DNA from: a virus
Taxonomy: Duplodnaviria > Caudoviricetes
DNA: 64,000 nucleotides
Virus record (IMG/VR): IMGVR_UViG_3300037780_000050
Location: 19,899 to 83,898 of that record
Strand: one strand, 5' to 3'
This document shows, one piece after another, positions 26,146 to 35,132 of this stretch (positions are counted from its first letter, which is position 1; each line of letters starts with the position of its first letter). The position numbers and the translations under genes are program-made. The notes beneath the pieces were generated by a model. It saw only the letters and a program-made list of their open reading frames with translations. It was not told the DNA's origin and did not search any database.

Positions 26146-27684
26146 ATGACTCAGATCAGTCCGCGCACCGATGCCGAGGTGGGCATGGTGGTGCTGGCCC
26201 GGGTGATCCAGACCAGGGACCCCGCCGCGCTGGACATGGCGCTGCGTCGGGTGTCACCCGAGCACTTCTCCGACAGCGCCCAGGCCACGATGCTGGAGCT
26301 GCTGGACCGCTACAGCACCCAGACCGGTGAGGTCATCGGTGGCGACGAGCTGCGAGATCTTGCGAGCCGGGGCAACGACGTGGGCCGCAGCGCCCGGTTG
26401 GTGCAGTGCTACGACGAGGCCGCGGCTCTCGGCGGGGGCCAGGTTCGCCACGACCAGTTCGTGTTCGGACTCGATGAGCTGCGCAGGCGGCGGGCTAGGG
26501 AACGCACTCGCCAGGCGGTGGCCACCGCGGCCGAGATCATGCGTGCCGACGGCGCCCGCATCGGACGAGACCATCTGGTCGGTGATGAGGACGCCCGGGA
26601 GTGGCTGCTGAGCCAGCTCGCTCACATCGATGCCGAGCAGAACCGCCACGACGCCCCCGAGGGTGACGTGTTGCGGGAGGGCGCCGATGTGATGGCCGAG
26701 TACGCCGATGCCAAGGGGCTGCGTGAGCAGGGCCGAGCGCCGGGAGTCCTCACGGGACTGGCTGGATTGGACAGAGTGCTGGGCAGCATCGACGCCGGAG
26801 AATTGGGTCTGGTGATCGGCTGGACGAGCGACGGCAAGACCACCTTCTGCGTGAACCTCGCGTGGCACGCCGCGGTGATGCAGCGCAAGAACGTGTTCTT
26901 CGCCACCACCGAGACGCTGCGCCCGACGGTGCGTCGTCGCCTCTACTGCCGCCACAGCGCCCAGCCTGAGTTCGGCATGGCCGAGCCGTTGGATTCTGCC
27001 GAGGTGAAGCGGGCCACGCTGTCGATCGAGCACGAGCAGGTGCTCCGCGCCGTCAGCGAGGATCTGACCGAAGGGGTTCGCGACGGCCGCTACGGGGCGC
27101 TGCACGTGGCTCAGGTCCCCAAGGGCGCGAACATCACCCAGCTCGAAGGCCAGATCCGTCGCTACCACGGCCGCACCCCCATCGACTTGCTCATCATCGA
27201 CTACTTGGGTCTGCTGGCCCCCGAGCGCAGGCGCCGTGAGGCCCGCGACGAGCTGACCGAGACCCTCAAGTCGGCCAAGAACATGGCGGCGACCTTCGGC
27301 GACGGGGAGGGCATCGCGACGATCTCGCCGTGGCAGGTGAGCCGCAACGCCCGTGCCGAGGCCGAGCGCAGCGGCCGCTACTCGCTGGCCAGTCTCTCCG
27401 ACACCGCCGAGGCCGAGAAGTCATCGGACGTGATCTTGGGGCTGTTCCGACGCTCTCCTGAGGGCGGGCACTACCCCCGCCACGACGATGTGACGTTGCA
27501 GGTACTCAAGAACCGTGACGGCACCAGAGCTGATGACATCTCAGCGAGGGTGGACTACGCCAGTTGCACCTTCACCGATGCAGGCTCTCGCCGGGTCGCC
27601 GAGCAGATCACTGCTGCGGAAATGAGCTGGTCTAGTAGTGACGACGCCGAGCTGGCGGCGTTGGATTCGCTGCTCGATCTCTGA
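26146..27684 (+). CDS. dnaB: DnaB-like replicative helicase
   Basis: LTGLAGLDRVLG, GWTSDGKTT (Walker A), LLIIDYLGLL, PWQV, AEKSSDVI, VLKNRDG. Confidence 0.9.
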   Translation: MTQISPRTDAEVGMVVLARVIQTRDPAALDMALRRVSPEHFSDSAQATMLELLDRYSTQTGEVIGGDELRDLASRGNDVGRSARLVQCYDEAAALGGGQVRHDQFVFGLDELRRRRARERTRQAVATAAEIMRADGARIGRDHLVGDEDAREWLLSQLAHIDAEQNRHDAPEGDVLREGADVMAEYADAKGLREQGRAPGVLTGLAGLDRVLGSIDAGELGLVIGWTSDGKTTFCVNLAWHAAVMQRKNVFFATTETLRPTVRRRLYCRHSAQPEFGMAEPLDSAEVKRATLSIEHEQVLRAVSEDLTEGVRDGRYGALHVAQVPKGANITQLEGQIRRYHGRTPIDLLIIDYLGLLAPERRRREARDELTETLKSAKNMAATFGDGEGIATISPWQVSRNARAEAERSGRYSLASLSDTAEAEKSSDVILGLFRRSPEGGHYPRHDDVTLQVLKNRDGTRADDISARVDYASCTFTDAGSRRVAEQITAAEMSWSSSDDAELAALDSLLDL

Positions 27685-27708
27685 CACTGGATTGCAACAC
27701 AGCCACCA

Positions 27709-27738
27709 CTTGACAGCACGCAACCTATGATCTAGAGT
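27709..27738 (+). promoter_or_regulatory. SigA-type promoter with overlapping palindromic operator
   Basis: TTGACA-17-TAGAGT; CTTG-N8-CAAC. Confidence 0.75.
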
Positions 27739-27787
27739 GGTCCTTTCTCGGCGAGAGTTTTCGCCTACACACCAGGGAGGAGCCACC

Positions 27788-27994
27788 GTGGTTGTCGAGC
27801 ACAGCGTGGATGTTGATCTCATTGTCCGGTTTGGACGAGAGGTCATCGAGATCAGCTTCATTCGTCGGACATCTCCAGACGCCAGCTCTACTCACACCCA
27901 GCACATGACCATCGAGCAGGCCGAGGCACTGGTCTCCATCCTCAGTGACGTGCTCTACGCCCGGGCCATCGCGGCCGCGGGCGAGGAGGAGTGA
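27788..27994 (+). CDS. hypothetical protein
   Basis: GGGAGGAG RBS downstream of the promoter. Confidence 0.55.
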   Translation: MVVEHSVDVDLIVRFGREVIEISFIRRTSPDASSTHTQHMTIEQAEALVSILSDVLYARAIAAAGEEE

Positions 27995-28971
27995 TGAGCG
28001 CAGAGCGGAGGCTGCGAGACGACGTACAGACGGTCCTGGCCTTTCAGGAGCGTGCTATGGCCATCACCTCCCGACACGACTTGCGGGAGGAGATGTGGTC
28101 GATTTGGACCGAGTACGACCCCTACCGGAATTGGACGAGATCGGTGTTCGATCACTTGGTGGAGGCTCAGCACACATCGGTGGCCGACGATCCGCAGCTT
28201 TGGACCGTTGCCGACGACATCGCGACCGAGATCACCAAGCTGGCCGCGAGCGTGCCGTTGCCCTACAACGAGACCATCAGCATCGAGTCCATCCCGGCTC
28301 CGACGGGGATCGTCAGCGTCCCGTCGTGCATCCCCAGTCGCTTTCGCGTGCAGGTGGTCGATTCCCGAGACTCTGACTACGAGCCGGATGAGATCCCGAT
28401 GATGTTCCACGCACTGTCGTGGGTCTTGCTCGACACCGAGGTGGCCGAGGAGAAGCTGCTGTTCGTGTACCCGTGGTGTTACACGTCGCTGGTGACGGGG
28501 TTGGGTGCCAACAGGGACGTGTTTCCGCTGTCCCCGCAGGGTTCGATGGTGGGGGCCAGGTTCCAGATCGATGGTGTTGATGACCCAGCAGCGCTGTGGC
28601 ATGACGACTACTACGAGCTGGTCCGGTGGCTGTTGGCGCTGTTCGCGTGGAGCGCCGAGGAGGCCACCACCGGGACGACTGCCATCGGGCGCCAGCAGCG
28701 CCGTCAGCGGGCTCGCAAGGGTCTCCACGAGCAGATGGTGCGCACCATCAAGCTGCGCCGTCACAGCCGCTCTGGTGAGGGCTCAGAGGGCACCGGGACA
28801 GAGGTCAGCCCGCACTGGCGTCGGGGACACTGGCGCAATCAGCGGGTGGGGCCGGGCCGTAGCCAGTCACGGTTGGTGTGGGTGCGCTCGCACATCGTGC
28901 ACCGGGATCGGGTGGCTGACCCCGAGAGCCTGCGCCCTACCACGACGGTTCGCCAGGTGGATCGCGTGTGA
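27991..28971 (+). CDS. conserved phage hypothetical protein with basic C-terminal HWRRGHWRNQ motif
   Basis: 326 aa; SPHWRRGHWRNQRVGPG and VWVRSH. Confidence 0.65.
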   Translation: MMSAERRLRDDVQTVLAFQERAMAITSRHDLREEMWSIWTEYDPYRNWTRSVFDHLVEAQHTSVADDPQLWTVADDIATEITKLAASVPLPYNETISIESIPAPTGIVSVPSCIPSRFRVQVVDSRDSDYEPDEIPMMFHALSWVLLDTEVAEEKLLFVYPWCYTSLVTGLGANRDVFPLSPQGSMVGARFQIDGVDDPAALWHDDYYELVRWLLALFAWSAEEATTGTTAIGRQQRRQRARKGLHEQMVRTIKLRRHSRSGEGSEGTGTEVSPHWRRGHWRNQRVGPGRSQSRLVWVRSHIVHRDRVADPESLRPTTTVRQVDRV

Positions 28972-28988
28972 GAAATCTCCAGAAGATG

Positions 28989-29018
28989 GTTGACAGGTCG
29001 CAACTCATACCCTACAAT
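28989..29018 (+). promoter_or_regulatory. SigA-type promoter with overlapping palindromic operator
   Basis: TTGACA-17-TACAAT; GTTG-N8-CAAC. Confidence 0.8.
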
Positions 29019-29066
29019 CATCTCATAGCAACCGAGGCCCCACCAGGGCAGAGAGAGGAACCACCG

Positions 29067-29333
29067 ATGCGAACCCAGATGCATGTCGAGATCGCCCCCG
29101 ACGCTTTCGAGCAGATCATGGCCATGCCCATGCGTGAAGCTCTCGTCGCCGACCGGCTCATGGAGAAGATGTGGCACGGCAGCTTCGAGCGCTTCGCCGA
29201 GCGGGCCACCCACACCGACAAGCTCGATGGGGCGTGGAAGATCCGCCGCCAGAGCGTGGAGTTCCGGGTGATCATCGACCCGGTTTCCGAGGACGCAGTG
29301 CTCGCCACGGTGATCGGGGCGAAGGTCCGATGA
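29067..29333 (+). CDS. possible RelE/ParE-fold protein
   Basis: 88 aa; VEIAPDAFEQI, AWKIRRQSVEFRVIIDP and VLATVIG resemble the RelE pattern. Confidence 0.35.
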   Translation: MRTQMHVEIAPDAFEQIMAMPMREALVADRLMEKMWHGSFERFAERATHTDKLDGAWKIRRQSVEFRVIIDPVSEDAVLATVIGAKVR

Positions 29334-29428
29334 TCCCGCTCCACATCGTTCTCAACATCGCCATGGCCATCGCTGTGATCACAGTGGTGGCCATGGTGGT
29401 CACCCAGGGGAGGGACTTCTTCCGATGA
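29330..29428 (+). CDS. 32-aa membrane peptide
   Basis: ATGA-coupled at both ends; single hydrophobic helix. Confidence 0.45.
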   Translation: MIPLHIVLNIAMAIAVITVVAMVVTQGRDFFR

Positions 29429-29667
29429 GATTCCCGACCGACAACCGACACATCTACGAGCTATTCATGCTCCCAAGAGAGGAAGAAGAAATGCCGACCA
29501 CTGCCGATTCGCTGGCCACGACGTTGAGAGGCATCGCCGAGTTCTACAGCCGCCAGGACCCCAGCTTCGGGGTGGTTCACGTCCACGGCATGGATGCGGA
29601 GTACCGCTTGGAGGTTCGTGACCTGCTCACGATCGCCCGTCTTCTCGATTCCATGAGCGATGAGTGA
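29425..29667 (+). CDS. hypothetical protein
   Basis: ATGA-coupled, 80 aa. Confidence 0.5.
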   Translation: MRFPTDNRHIYELFMLPREEEEMPTTADSLATTLRGIAEFYSRQDPSFGVVHVHGMDAEYRLEVRDLLTIARLLDSMSDE

Positions 29668-29831
29668 CCACCGCCGAGGTCGCAGCCCCCAGATGGTGAG
29701 CTGTACCAACCCGAAGTGCCGCGGAGTCCACGGAACGAACGTGATCTCCGACCAGGCGCTGTGTAAGTTCTGCCAGCAGCCGCTGCCAGTCAGCAAGTAG
29801 GAAGCCCCAAGAGGGCGAAAGGAGCAAGACA

Positions 29832-30413
29832 ATGCCCGCATCCAAGAGTGCGATCCGTACCAACATCAACCGCATCCGCGGCGCCGAGGAGGGCTACACC
29901 GAAGTCCCCGAGATCAAAGCGCTGCTCGATGAGGTGCTCACCGAGATCCCCGAGGCCGACGACAACCTCCCTGAGATCTGGGGAGAGCTGATCGATCGTG
30001 CCGACGCCAAGCACATCGCCGACAAGATCCCCGGCACCGTGGGTCGGATGTACAAGGTGGCCTACGGCAAGACCAAGCCCCGCCCACCCAAGGTGAAGCT
30101 GCGCATCAAGGTGACCGACTCCGCTCGCCGGTACATGCTGGAGTTCACCGAGGTCGTTCAGAACAACGGTTCCGACGAGATCTGGGACGGGATCAACAAG
30201 CTGATCCACCCCACCGCCGTCATGCGTGGCACCAGCGTGGCGGTGCTCAGCCCCTACGCCTTCAAGAAGGCGCTGCGCCGCTCGCTGGGTCAGTTCGACA
30301 CCGACAAGGACCGGGCGTGGGCTCGCCAGATCATCGACGGCATCATCCGCCGCGTGGAGCACGCCGAGGATGTCGACGCCGCCGAGTCCGAAGATGTCTA
30401 CCGCGTCGGGTGA
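29832..30413 (+). CDS. hypothetical protein
   Basis: AAGGAG RBS; strong phage codon bias; 193 aa. Confidence 0.65.
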   Translation: MPASKSAIRTNINRIRGAEEGYTEVPEIKALLDEVLTEIPEADDNLPEIWGELIDRADAKHIADKIPGTVGRMYKVAYGKTKPRPPKVKLRIKVTDSARRYMLEFTEVVQNNGSDEIWDGINKLIHPTAVMRGTSVAVLSPYAFKKALRRSLGQFDTDKDRAWARQIIDGIIRRVEHAEDVDAAESEDVYRVG

Positions 30414-30984
30414 TGCTGGGTGGGATGTCCGCATCATCGAAGCCGTCAATGCCGAGGTCGGTCTCGTCAAGTTCCTCAGCGATGAGGGCTTCGACGTAGC
30501 CGACCCCGGCAGCGGCCGCAGCATCAAGACCCACTGCCCGTGGCGGTGGTTGCACGCCGATGGCGGCGCCGAGAAGGCGTTCCGCGTGTACGCCACCAAC
30601 ACCGCGTTCTGCTTCGCCGGGTGCGGGTTCTTCACTCCTACTAGGGCCGCAGCGATGCTGTGGGACGTGTCCGAGCAGCGAGCCGCCAAAGAGATGGCAG
30701 CCCGCTACGGTGTGTCGGTCGGAGATGTCGATGCGGCTGTGGAGTTGATGCTGCGAGATGTGGATGTGAATCGAGCTGATCTGTTGGACGCCATGCGCCG
30801 ATGGGTCGACGTGAGCTTCACCGGAGACGACAGAGACCGAGCCAGGACCGCGCTCATCCGCTGTGCGAGCGTGGCCGACGTGATAGAGACCGCAGACGAC
30901 GCAGCGACATGGTGGGACAAGTCCCAGGAGTTGATCCGCACCGCTGCCCAAGGGAAGGAACGCCCATGCCCAAGATCGATGTGA
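30394..30984 (+). CDS. DnaG-type CHC2 zinc-finger protein without TOPRIM domain
   Basis: IKTHCPWRWLHADGG, FRVY and AFCFAGCG. Confidence 0.7.
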   Translation: MSTASGDAGWDVRIIEAVNAEVGLVKFLSDEGFDVADPGSGRSIKTHCPWRWLHADGGAEKAFRVYATNTAFCFAGCGFFTPTRAAAMLWDVSEQRAAKEMAARYGVSVGDVDAAVELMLRDVDVNRADLLDAMRRWVDVSFTGDDRDRARTALIRCASVADVIETADDAATWWDKSQELIRTAAQGKERPCPRSM

Positions 30985-31289
30985 CAGACGTGCCCGAGCT
31001 GGGAGGGTGGGTGACCATCCAACGTGCAGCCGACGCCCTGTCGCTGACTCGCCAGGCCGTGTCCAAGAAGGTGCGAGAGGGCCGCGTTCCCATGACCGAG
31101 CTGCGGCGACTCTCGTACGGACCGGGCAGCCAGAATGATCTGCTGCTGCTCAGTGTGAAGTGGGTGCGCGAGGAGATCGAGCGGCGCTCAGGGATGGCCG
31201 CGGAGCGTCGCGCCAAGCTCGATGAGGAAGCCAACGCCATGCCGGTGATCGATCACGTGGATGATGAGAAACTCAATCTTCTAGGTTGA
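30966..31289 (+). CDS. helix-turn-helix DNA-binding protein (Xis/MerR-like)
   Basis: WVTIQRAADALSLTRQAVSKKVREGR. Confidence 0.7.
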   Translation: MPKIDVTDVPELGGWVTIQRAADALSLTRQAVSKKVREGRVPMTELRRLSYGPGSQNDLLLLSVKWVREEIERRSGMAAERRAKLDEEANAMPVIDHVDDEKLNLLG

Positions 31290-31314
31290 CAGCACGCAAC
31301 GCATAGCGTATGCT
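31285..31314 (+). promoter_or_regulatory. SigA-type promoter with overlapping palindromic operator
   Basis: TTGACA-17-TATGCT; GTTG-N8-CAAC. Confidence 0.8.
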
Positions 31315-31344
31315 GATCTCATACCAATCAGGAAGGAACCACCG

Positions 31345-31920
31345 ATGAGCACTCCCATCCCCGCAACCGACAAGCAGGTCGCTTTCATCGACACTCTGCT
31401 CGACCAGCTCGCCACTCTGGGCTGGGTCCCCACCGAGTCCATGGACTTCGCCCCCTACAGCCGTCGCCACGCCAGCCAGCTCATCGACTGGCTCAAGGGC
31501 AAGCTCCACGAGGTGCGCACCGAGGTCGCAGCCCGACCCAAGATCGCTGACACCAGCAACGATCCCGAGATCGGCTACTACATGGTCGACGGTGAGGTGT
31601 ACCGGGTTCAGGCCAACCGCGCCGGGAACAACACCTACGCCAAGGTGCTCCGAGGCACCGGGTGGGAGTACGTGGGCAAGAGCCCGTTCCGCTCGCTGGT
31701 CTCCGAGGCCCGGCTCACGTACGAGCAGGCCCGGGTCCACGGCATCGAGACCGGCCACTGTCTGATCTGTGGCACCCAGCTCGACAACATCGAGAGCGCC
31801 CAGTACGGCATCGGTCCGACGTGCCACAAGAACCTCACCGGCAAGACCTTCGCCCAAGCCCGCAAGGCTGGCGAGCTTCCCCCGGTGGTCAAGCCCGAGA
31901 TCGAGGAGGAGGCAGCGTGA
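31345..31920 (+). CDS. DUF6011-like Zn-finger protein
   Basis: ATDKQVAFI at the N-terminus; GHCLICGTQLDNIESAQYGIGPTC. Confidence 0.7.
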   Translation: MSTPIPATDKQVAFIDTLLDQLATLGWVPTESMDFAPYSRRHASQLIDWLKGKLHEVRTEVAARPKIADTSNDPEIGYYMVDGEVYRVQANRAGNNTYAKVLRGTGWEYVGKSPFRSLVSEARLTYEQARVHGIETGHCLICGTQLDNIESAQYGIGPTCHKNLTGKTFAQARKAGELPPVVKPEIEEEAA

Positions 31921-32114
31921 AGCTGTACGCAGACGAGTTCGCAGTCGACTACGAGTGCGATGCCGATATCGCCACCAGTGACTCCGACGTGTGGCTGGAG
32001 TGTGGATACCAGGGCGTGGTGGAGCCCAGCCACATCAGCCGCACGCTGCTGGGGGACTTCATCGCCACCTACGAGTGTCCGCGGTGCGGAGGCACGTGGG
32101 ACGAGAGGTTCTAG
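31917..32114 (+). CDS. small Zn-ribbon protein
   Basis: GTGA-coupled; YECPRCG. Confidence 0.5.
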   Translation: MKLYADEFAVDYECDADIATSDSDVWLECGYQGVVEPSHISRTLLGDFIATYECPRCGGTWDERF

Positions 32115-32399
32115 GTGGCAGCAGGGCGGTGCGCCGGGTGCGGACGGCGCGACGCCAGCATCCGCAAGATCCAGGCCCACGTGGTCCAGTGTCCCGCCTA
32201 CGCCGCGCTCTACCGAGCCGAGCCGGAGCGGGCGCTGGACCCAGTGGCCGAAGAAGCGCGTTGGCTCGCTGCCGAGGGCAGTGACTCGGCTCGCATCGAC
32301 GCTCGTGACGAGAGGCTGGAGAAGCTCCGGGTGCGTCTCGCCGAGCAGCGGCTGGCCCAGGCCGACCGGTGGCGCACTCCGAAGGGTCTGTTGGACTAG
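32115..32399 (+). CDS. Zn-binding hypothetical protein
   Basis: CAGC and HVVQC. Confidence 0.55.
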   Translation: MAAGRCAGCGRRDASIRKIQAHVVQCPAYAALYRAEPERALDPVAEEARWLAAEGSDSARIDARDERLEKLRVRLAEQRLAQADRWRTPKGLLD

Positions 32400-32452
32400 C
32401 GGCACGATCTGTACCACAGTGTGCGGGCCAACAGTCACATCAGGAGGGCGTC

Positions 32453-32788
32453 GTGTCAGAGGTTGATCAGGTTCAGCGCGTCGAGAAGTTGCTCGCAACG
32501 CAGACGGCGAAGCTCGATGGGTTGTTCAAGGATCGCAAGTTCCAGATCCTGCGGGACGTGACCCCCGCCTTCTTGGAGTCCAAGGGGCGCGACAAGATGC
32601 AGACACCTCTCGGCAACCGAGGCCGCAACGGCTATCTCGTGATGCTGATCGATGGTCCAGAGATCGACCCCGGTCCCTACGCCGACGACACCATCCACCG
32701 CGACAAGAGCGGGCGTCAGTGGTTCTTCGTCGGGGCCACCGTGTTGAAGACCATGGCTGATGACTACCAGGCCGTCACGCTTCCGTGA
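32453..32788 (+). CDS. hypothetical protein
   Basis: AGGAGGG RBS; GTG start. Confidence 0.55.
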   Translation: MSEVDQVQRVEKLLATQTAKLDGLFKDRKFQILRDVTPAFLESKGRDKMQTPLGNRGRNGYLVMLIDGPEIDPGPYADDTIHRDKSGRQWFFVGATVLKTMADDYQAVTLP

Positions 32789-33288
32789 GGCTTGGCACCG
32801 CTGTCGAGATTGGCTCCACGATCTATCGCTCCGTCGCCGAGGCGTTGTGGGGAGAGTTCTTGGTCGAGACCGGAGCCGATCCGGTTCACGAGCCCTTCTA
32901 CGTCGGTGGCGCCGCCCAGTATCTTCCCGACTTCTGGCTTCCGCATCACCGCGCCGTCATCGAGATCAAGAACGGACGTGTGACCACAATGGATCTCGCC
33001 AAGTGGCGAGCCGCGCAGGCGGCATTCGAGGGGTCTGTGCACTTCGCTGTCATCGACGGACATCCTCCTGGGCGGTGGCATCTCATTGTGAATGGCCCAG
33101 GTTCGATTGAGCTTCCCCAGACCATCCCCGCTTTGACTCCGAAGTGGGTGTACGGTCCCTGGCCCGGCATCGAGTGGGACGCAGAGATCTACCAGCGAGT
33201 GCGTGTGCGAGTGGACAATGCTCCCAACCCGATCCGGGTGCCGAACGAGGCCCGACCGGAGTACCGGGAGTGGTCTTTCGCCCAGTAA
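32785..33288 (+). CDS. PD-(D/E)xK nuclease
   Basis: YRSVAEALW, EP, YLPDFWLP and IEIK. Confidence 0.7.
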   Translation: MRLGTAVEIGSTIYRSVAEALWGEFLVETGADPVHEPFYVGGAAQYLPDFWLPHHRAVIEIKNGRVTTMDLAKWRAAQAAFEGSVHFAVIDGHPPGRWHLIVNGPGSIELPQTIPALTPKWVYGPWPGIEWDAEIYQRVRVRVDNAPNPIRVPNEARPEYREWSFAQ

Positions 33289-33292
33289 AGGT

Positions 33293-33338
33293 GTTGTCGG
33301 CACGCAATAAGTTGTGCTAGAGTGTGGTTGCAGAACCA
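33293..33338 (+). promoter_or_regulatory. SigA-type promoter with operator variant and downstream palindrome
   Basis: TTGTCG-18-TAGAGT; GTTG-N8-CAAT; GTGGTT-GCAG-AACCAC just downstream. Confidence 0.6.
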
Positions 33339-33364
33339 CCTAATAGAAATGGACTGACCAGACC

Positions 33365-33967
33365 GTGACAACCAAGACCGAAGCTGACTGGGTTTCCCGC
33401 CCAGCGACTCTGGACTCTATGTATCGGCTTTACCGGCCACGTATCGAGGCCATTTGCGCCAACATGGGAATCATCAACGTGGAGGACGCCGCCAGTGAGA
33501 TCCTGTGTCGCTTCATCGAGCGTGGGTTCATGGAGAAGTTCGACCCCGACTACGTGACCGTGGCCGACGGGCGCTACTACCCGGCGCGCTTCTCCACTTT
33601 CATCTGTGCGTTCGCCGAGCGCTACGCCCGAGGTATCCGTGACCGGGAGCGTCGCTCCAGCAAACGGGAGCATCTCAAGGACGAGCTGATCGATACCGAA
33701 TCCTTCGAGACTCCCGACCAGTGCTGGAGCGACGAGCTGATCGCCACCGTGAAGGACATGCAGGCACGAGTCGCCGAGCTGCCCAAGGTCGGGCGCCGCG
33801 ACTTGGAGCCCTTCTTTGCTGCGCTGCTGGCGCAGGTGCTGGAGGGGCGCAGTGAGATCGACCGCAACATCGTGGCCCGGGAGCTGTCCATCAGCGTGTC
33901 GACAGTCGGGAACTGGATCTACATGGTGCGCGAGGAGATCGAGCCGTGGGCCGACCGGCTGCGGTGA
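33365..33967 (+). CDS. ECF-like sigma factor or sigma-4 HTH regulator
   Basis: VEDAASEI and RFSTFI (region 2-like); IVARELSISVSTVGNWI (region 4 HTH). Confidence 0.6.
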   Translation: MTTKTEADWVSRPATLDSMYRLYRPRIEAICANMGIINVEDAASEILCRFIERGFMEKFDPDYVTVADGRYYPARFSTFICAFAERYARGIRDRERRSSKREHLKDELIDTESFETPDQCWSDELIATVKDMQARVAELPKVGRRDLEPFFAALLAQVLEGRSEIDRNIVARELSISVSTVGNWIYMVREEIEPWADRLR

Positions 33968-34749
33968 TCGGCGCCGAGGCGCAGTGGGACGCGGTGCTCG
34001 CCGCCGATCCCCATGCGCTGGCGCTGCTGTCCAATCCCGACGCCAGGATCGGTGCCCGGGGCTTCGCTCAGGCGTGGGCGCGACATCTTCGGGTGCCCCC
34101 AGCATTCGTGTGTAGCTACGAGGGTGTGACCATGGACGACGCCCGCGCCGCGGTGCTCGACATCATCCGCAGACCGCCCCGTTTGGTCGTGCTGGAGTTC
34201 GGCGAGGACAGCGCTCGCCAGCAGAACGCCGTGCTCAAGGCCATCGAGGACCCTGGGCGCGCCCGTGTGGTGGTGATCGGTTCGAGGGCGACGCTGCTGC
34301 CCACCGTGTTGAGCCGATGCATGGTGGTGACGTTGGGGTTGCTGGGACCGCAAGATCTCGAGCGAGCGCTGCGCGCCCAGGGCATGGACCCTGATCGAGC
34401 GAAGGACGTGGCCATCAAGGTGGGAGTGGGAAGCGTGGAGGACGCGCATCGGGTGCTGGGAGGGTCTCCAGCGGTGTCTGCGGTCGCCAACGTGGCCCGA
34501 GCGCTGGCCCAGAAGGACCGTCGGTTGCTGGAGTCCAGCATCGATCACTGGGACGAGGACAAGCACCGGCTGTTCATGCGCTGGCTCGTGGCCAGCGCCG
34601 CAGGTCGTCCGCTGCGAGAGGTGGGGTCGTGGCAGATTCCCAGAGCCCAGGCACTGCCGATGTGGCGGGAGCTGTGCGACTACAGCGGTGCTCGCCCAGA
34701 GCTGGCCATGGCTGTCGCAGTGGCGTCGATCTCAGAGAATCTGGTATGA
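33964..34749 (+). CDS. holB: DNA polymerase III delta-prime-like clamp loader subunit
   Basis: QQNAVLKAIEDP and LLPTVLSRC (SRC motif); degenerate Walker A. Confidence 0.7.
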   Translation: MIGAEAQWDAVLAADPHALALLSNPDARIGARGFAQAWARHLRVPPAFVCSYEGVTMDDARAAVLDIIRRPPRLVVLEFGEDSARQQNAVLKAIEDPGRARVVVIGSRATLLPTVLSRCMVVTLGLLGPQDLERALRAQGMDPDRAKDVAIKVGVGSVEDAHRVLGGSPAVSAVANVARALAQKDRRLLESSIDHWDEDKHRLFMRWLVASAAGRPLREVGSWQIPRAQALPMWRELCDYSGARPELAMAVAVASISENLV

Positions 34750-34967
34750 CCGTCGGCTGGGCGGTAGCTCTTGTGTGGGCGATCGGCGCCGCGGTCTCGT
34801 TCCGGCCGGTGTGTCGAGCGGTGTGGAAGGAGATGGGTCCGTTGGTCGAGGTCGACAGCAAGGTCGACATGACCCTGATGGGTCTGCTCATCGCCACGTT
34901 CGCGTTGATGTGGCCGCTCATGCTCTTGCTGTGGGCGGTGGGGTCGTTGTCGAGAGAGGACCAGTGA
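34746..34967 (+). CDS. small membrane protein
   Basis: Two TM segments; ATGA-coupled. Confidence 0.55.
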   Translation: MTVGWAVALVWAIGAAVSFRPVCRAVWKEMGPLVEVDSKVDMTLMGLLIATFALMWPLMLLLWAVGSLSREDQ

Positions 34968-35131
34968 TGGATGAAGACGAGTTCGCCACCCAGTTGTTCT
35001 GTCCGGTGTGCTGCTCCACGGTGGATGTGGACAGGCCCGGCCGACACGAGCTGGTCTGTGTGAGTTGCGGCACGCACTTCGAGGTCGATGTCGACCCCGA
35101 GATCGTGGCCGAACACAGTCTGGTGGGGTGA
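34967..35131 (+). CDS. small Zn-ribbon protein
   Basis: CPVC and CVSC; TGATG coupling. Confidence 0.55.
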   Translation: MDEDEFATQLFCPVCCSTVDVDRPGRHELVCVSCGTHFEVDVDPEIVAEHSLVG

Positions 35132-35132
35132 G

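Noticed and set aside
30966-31289. Xis-like HTH suggesting a prophage or integrative element
   Set aside because: No integrase, att-like site or host genes in the window; such HTH genes occur in lytic phages.
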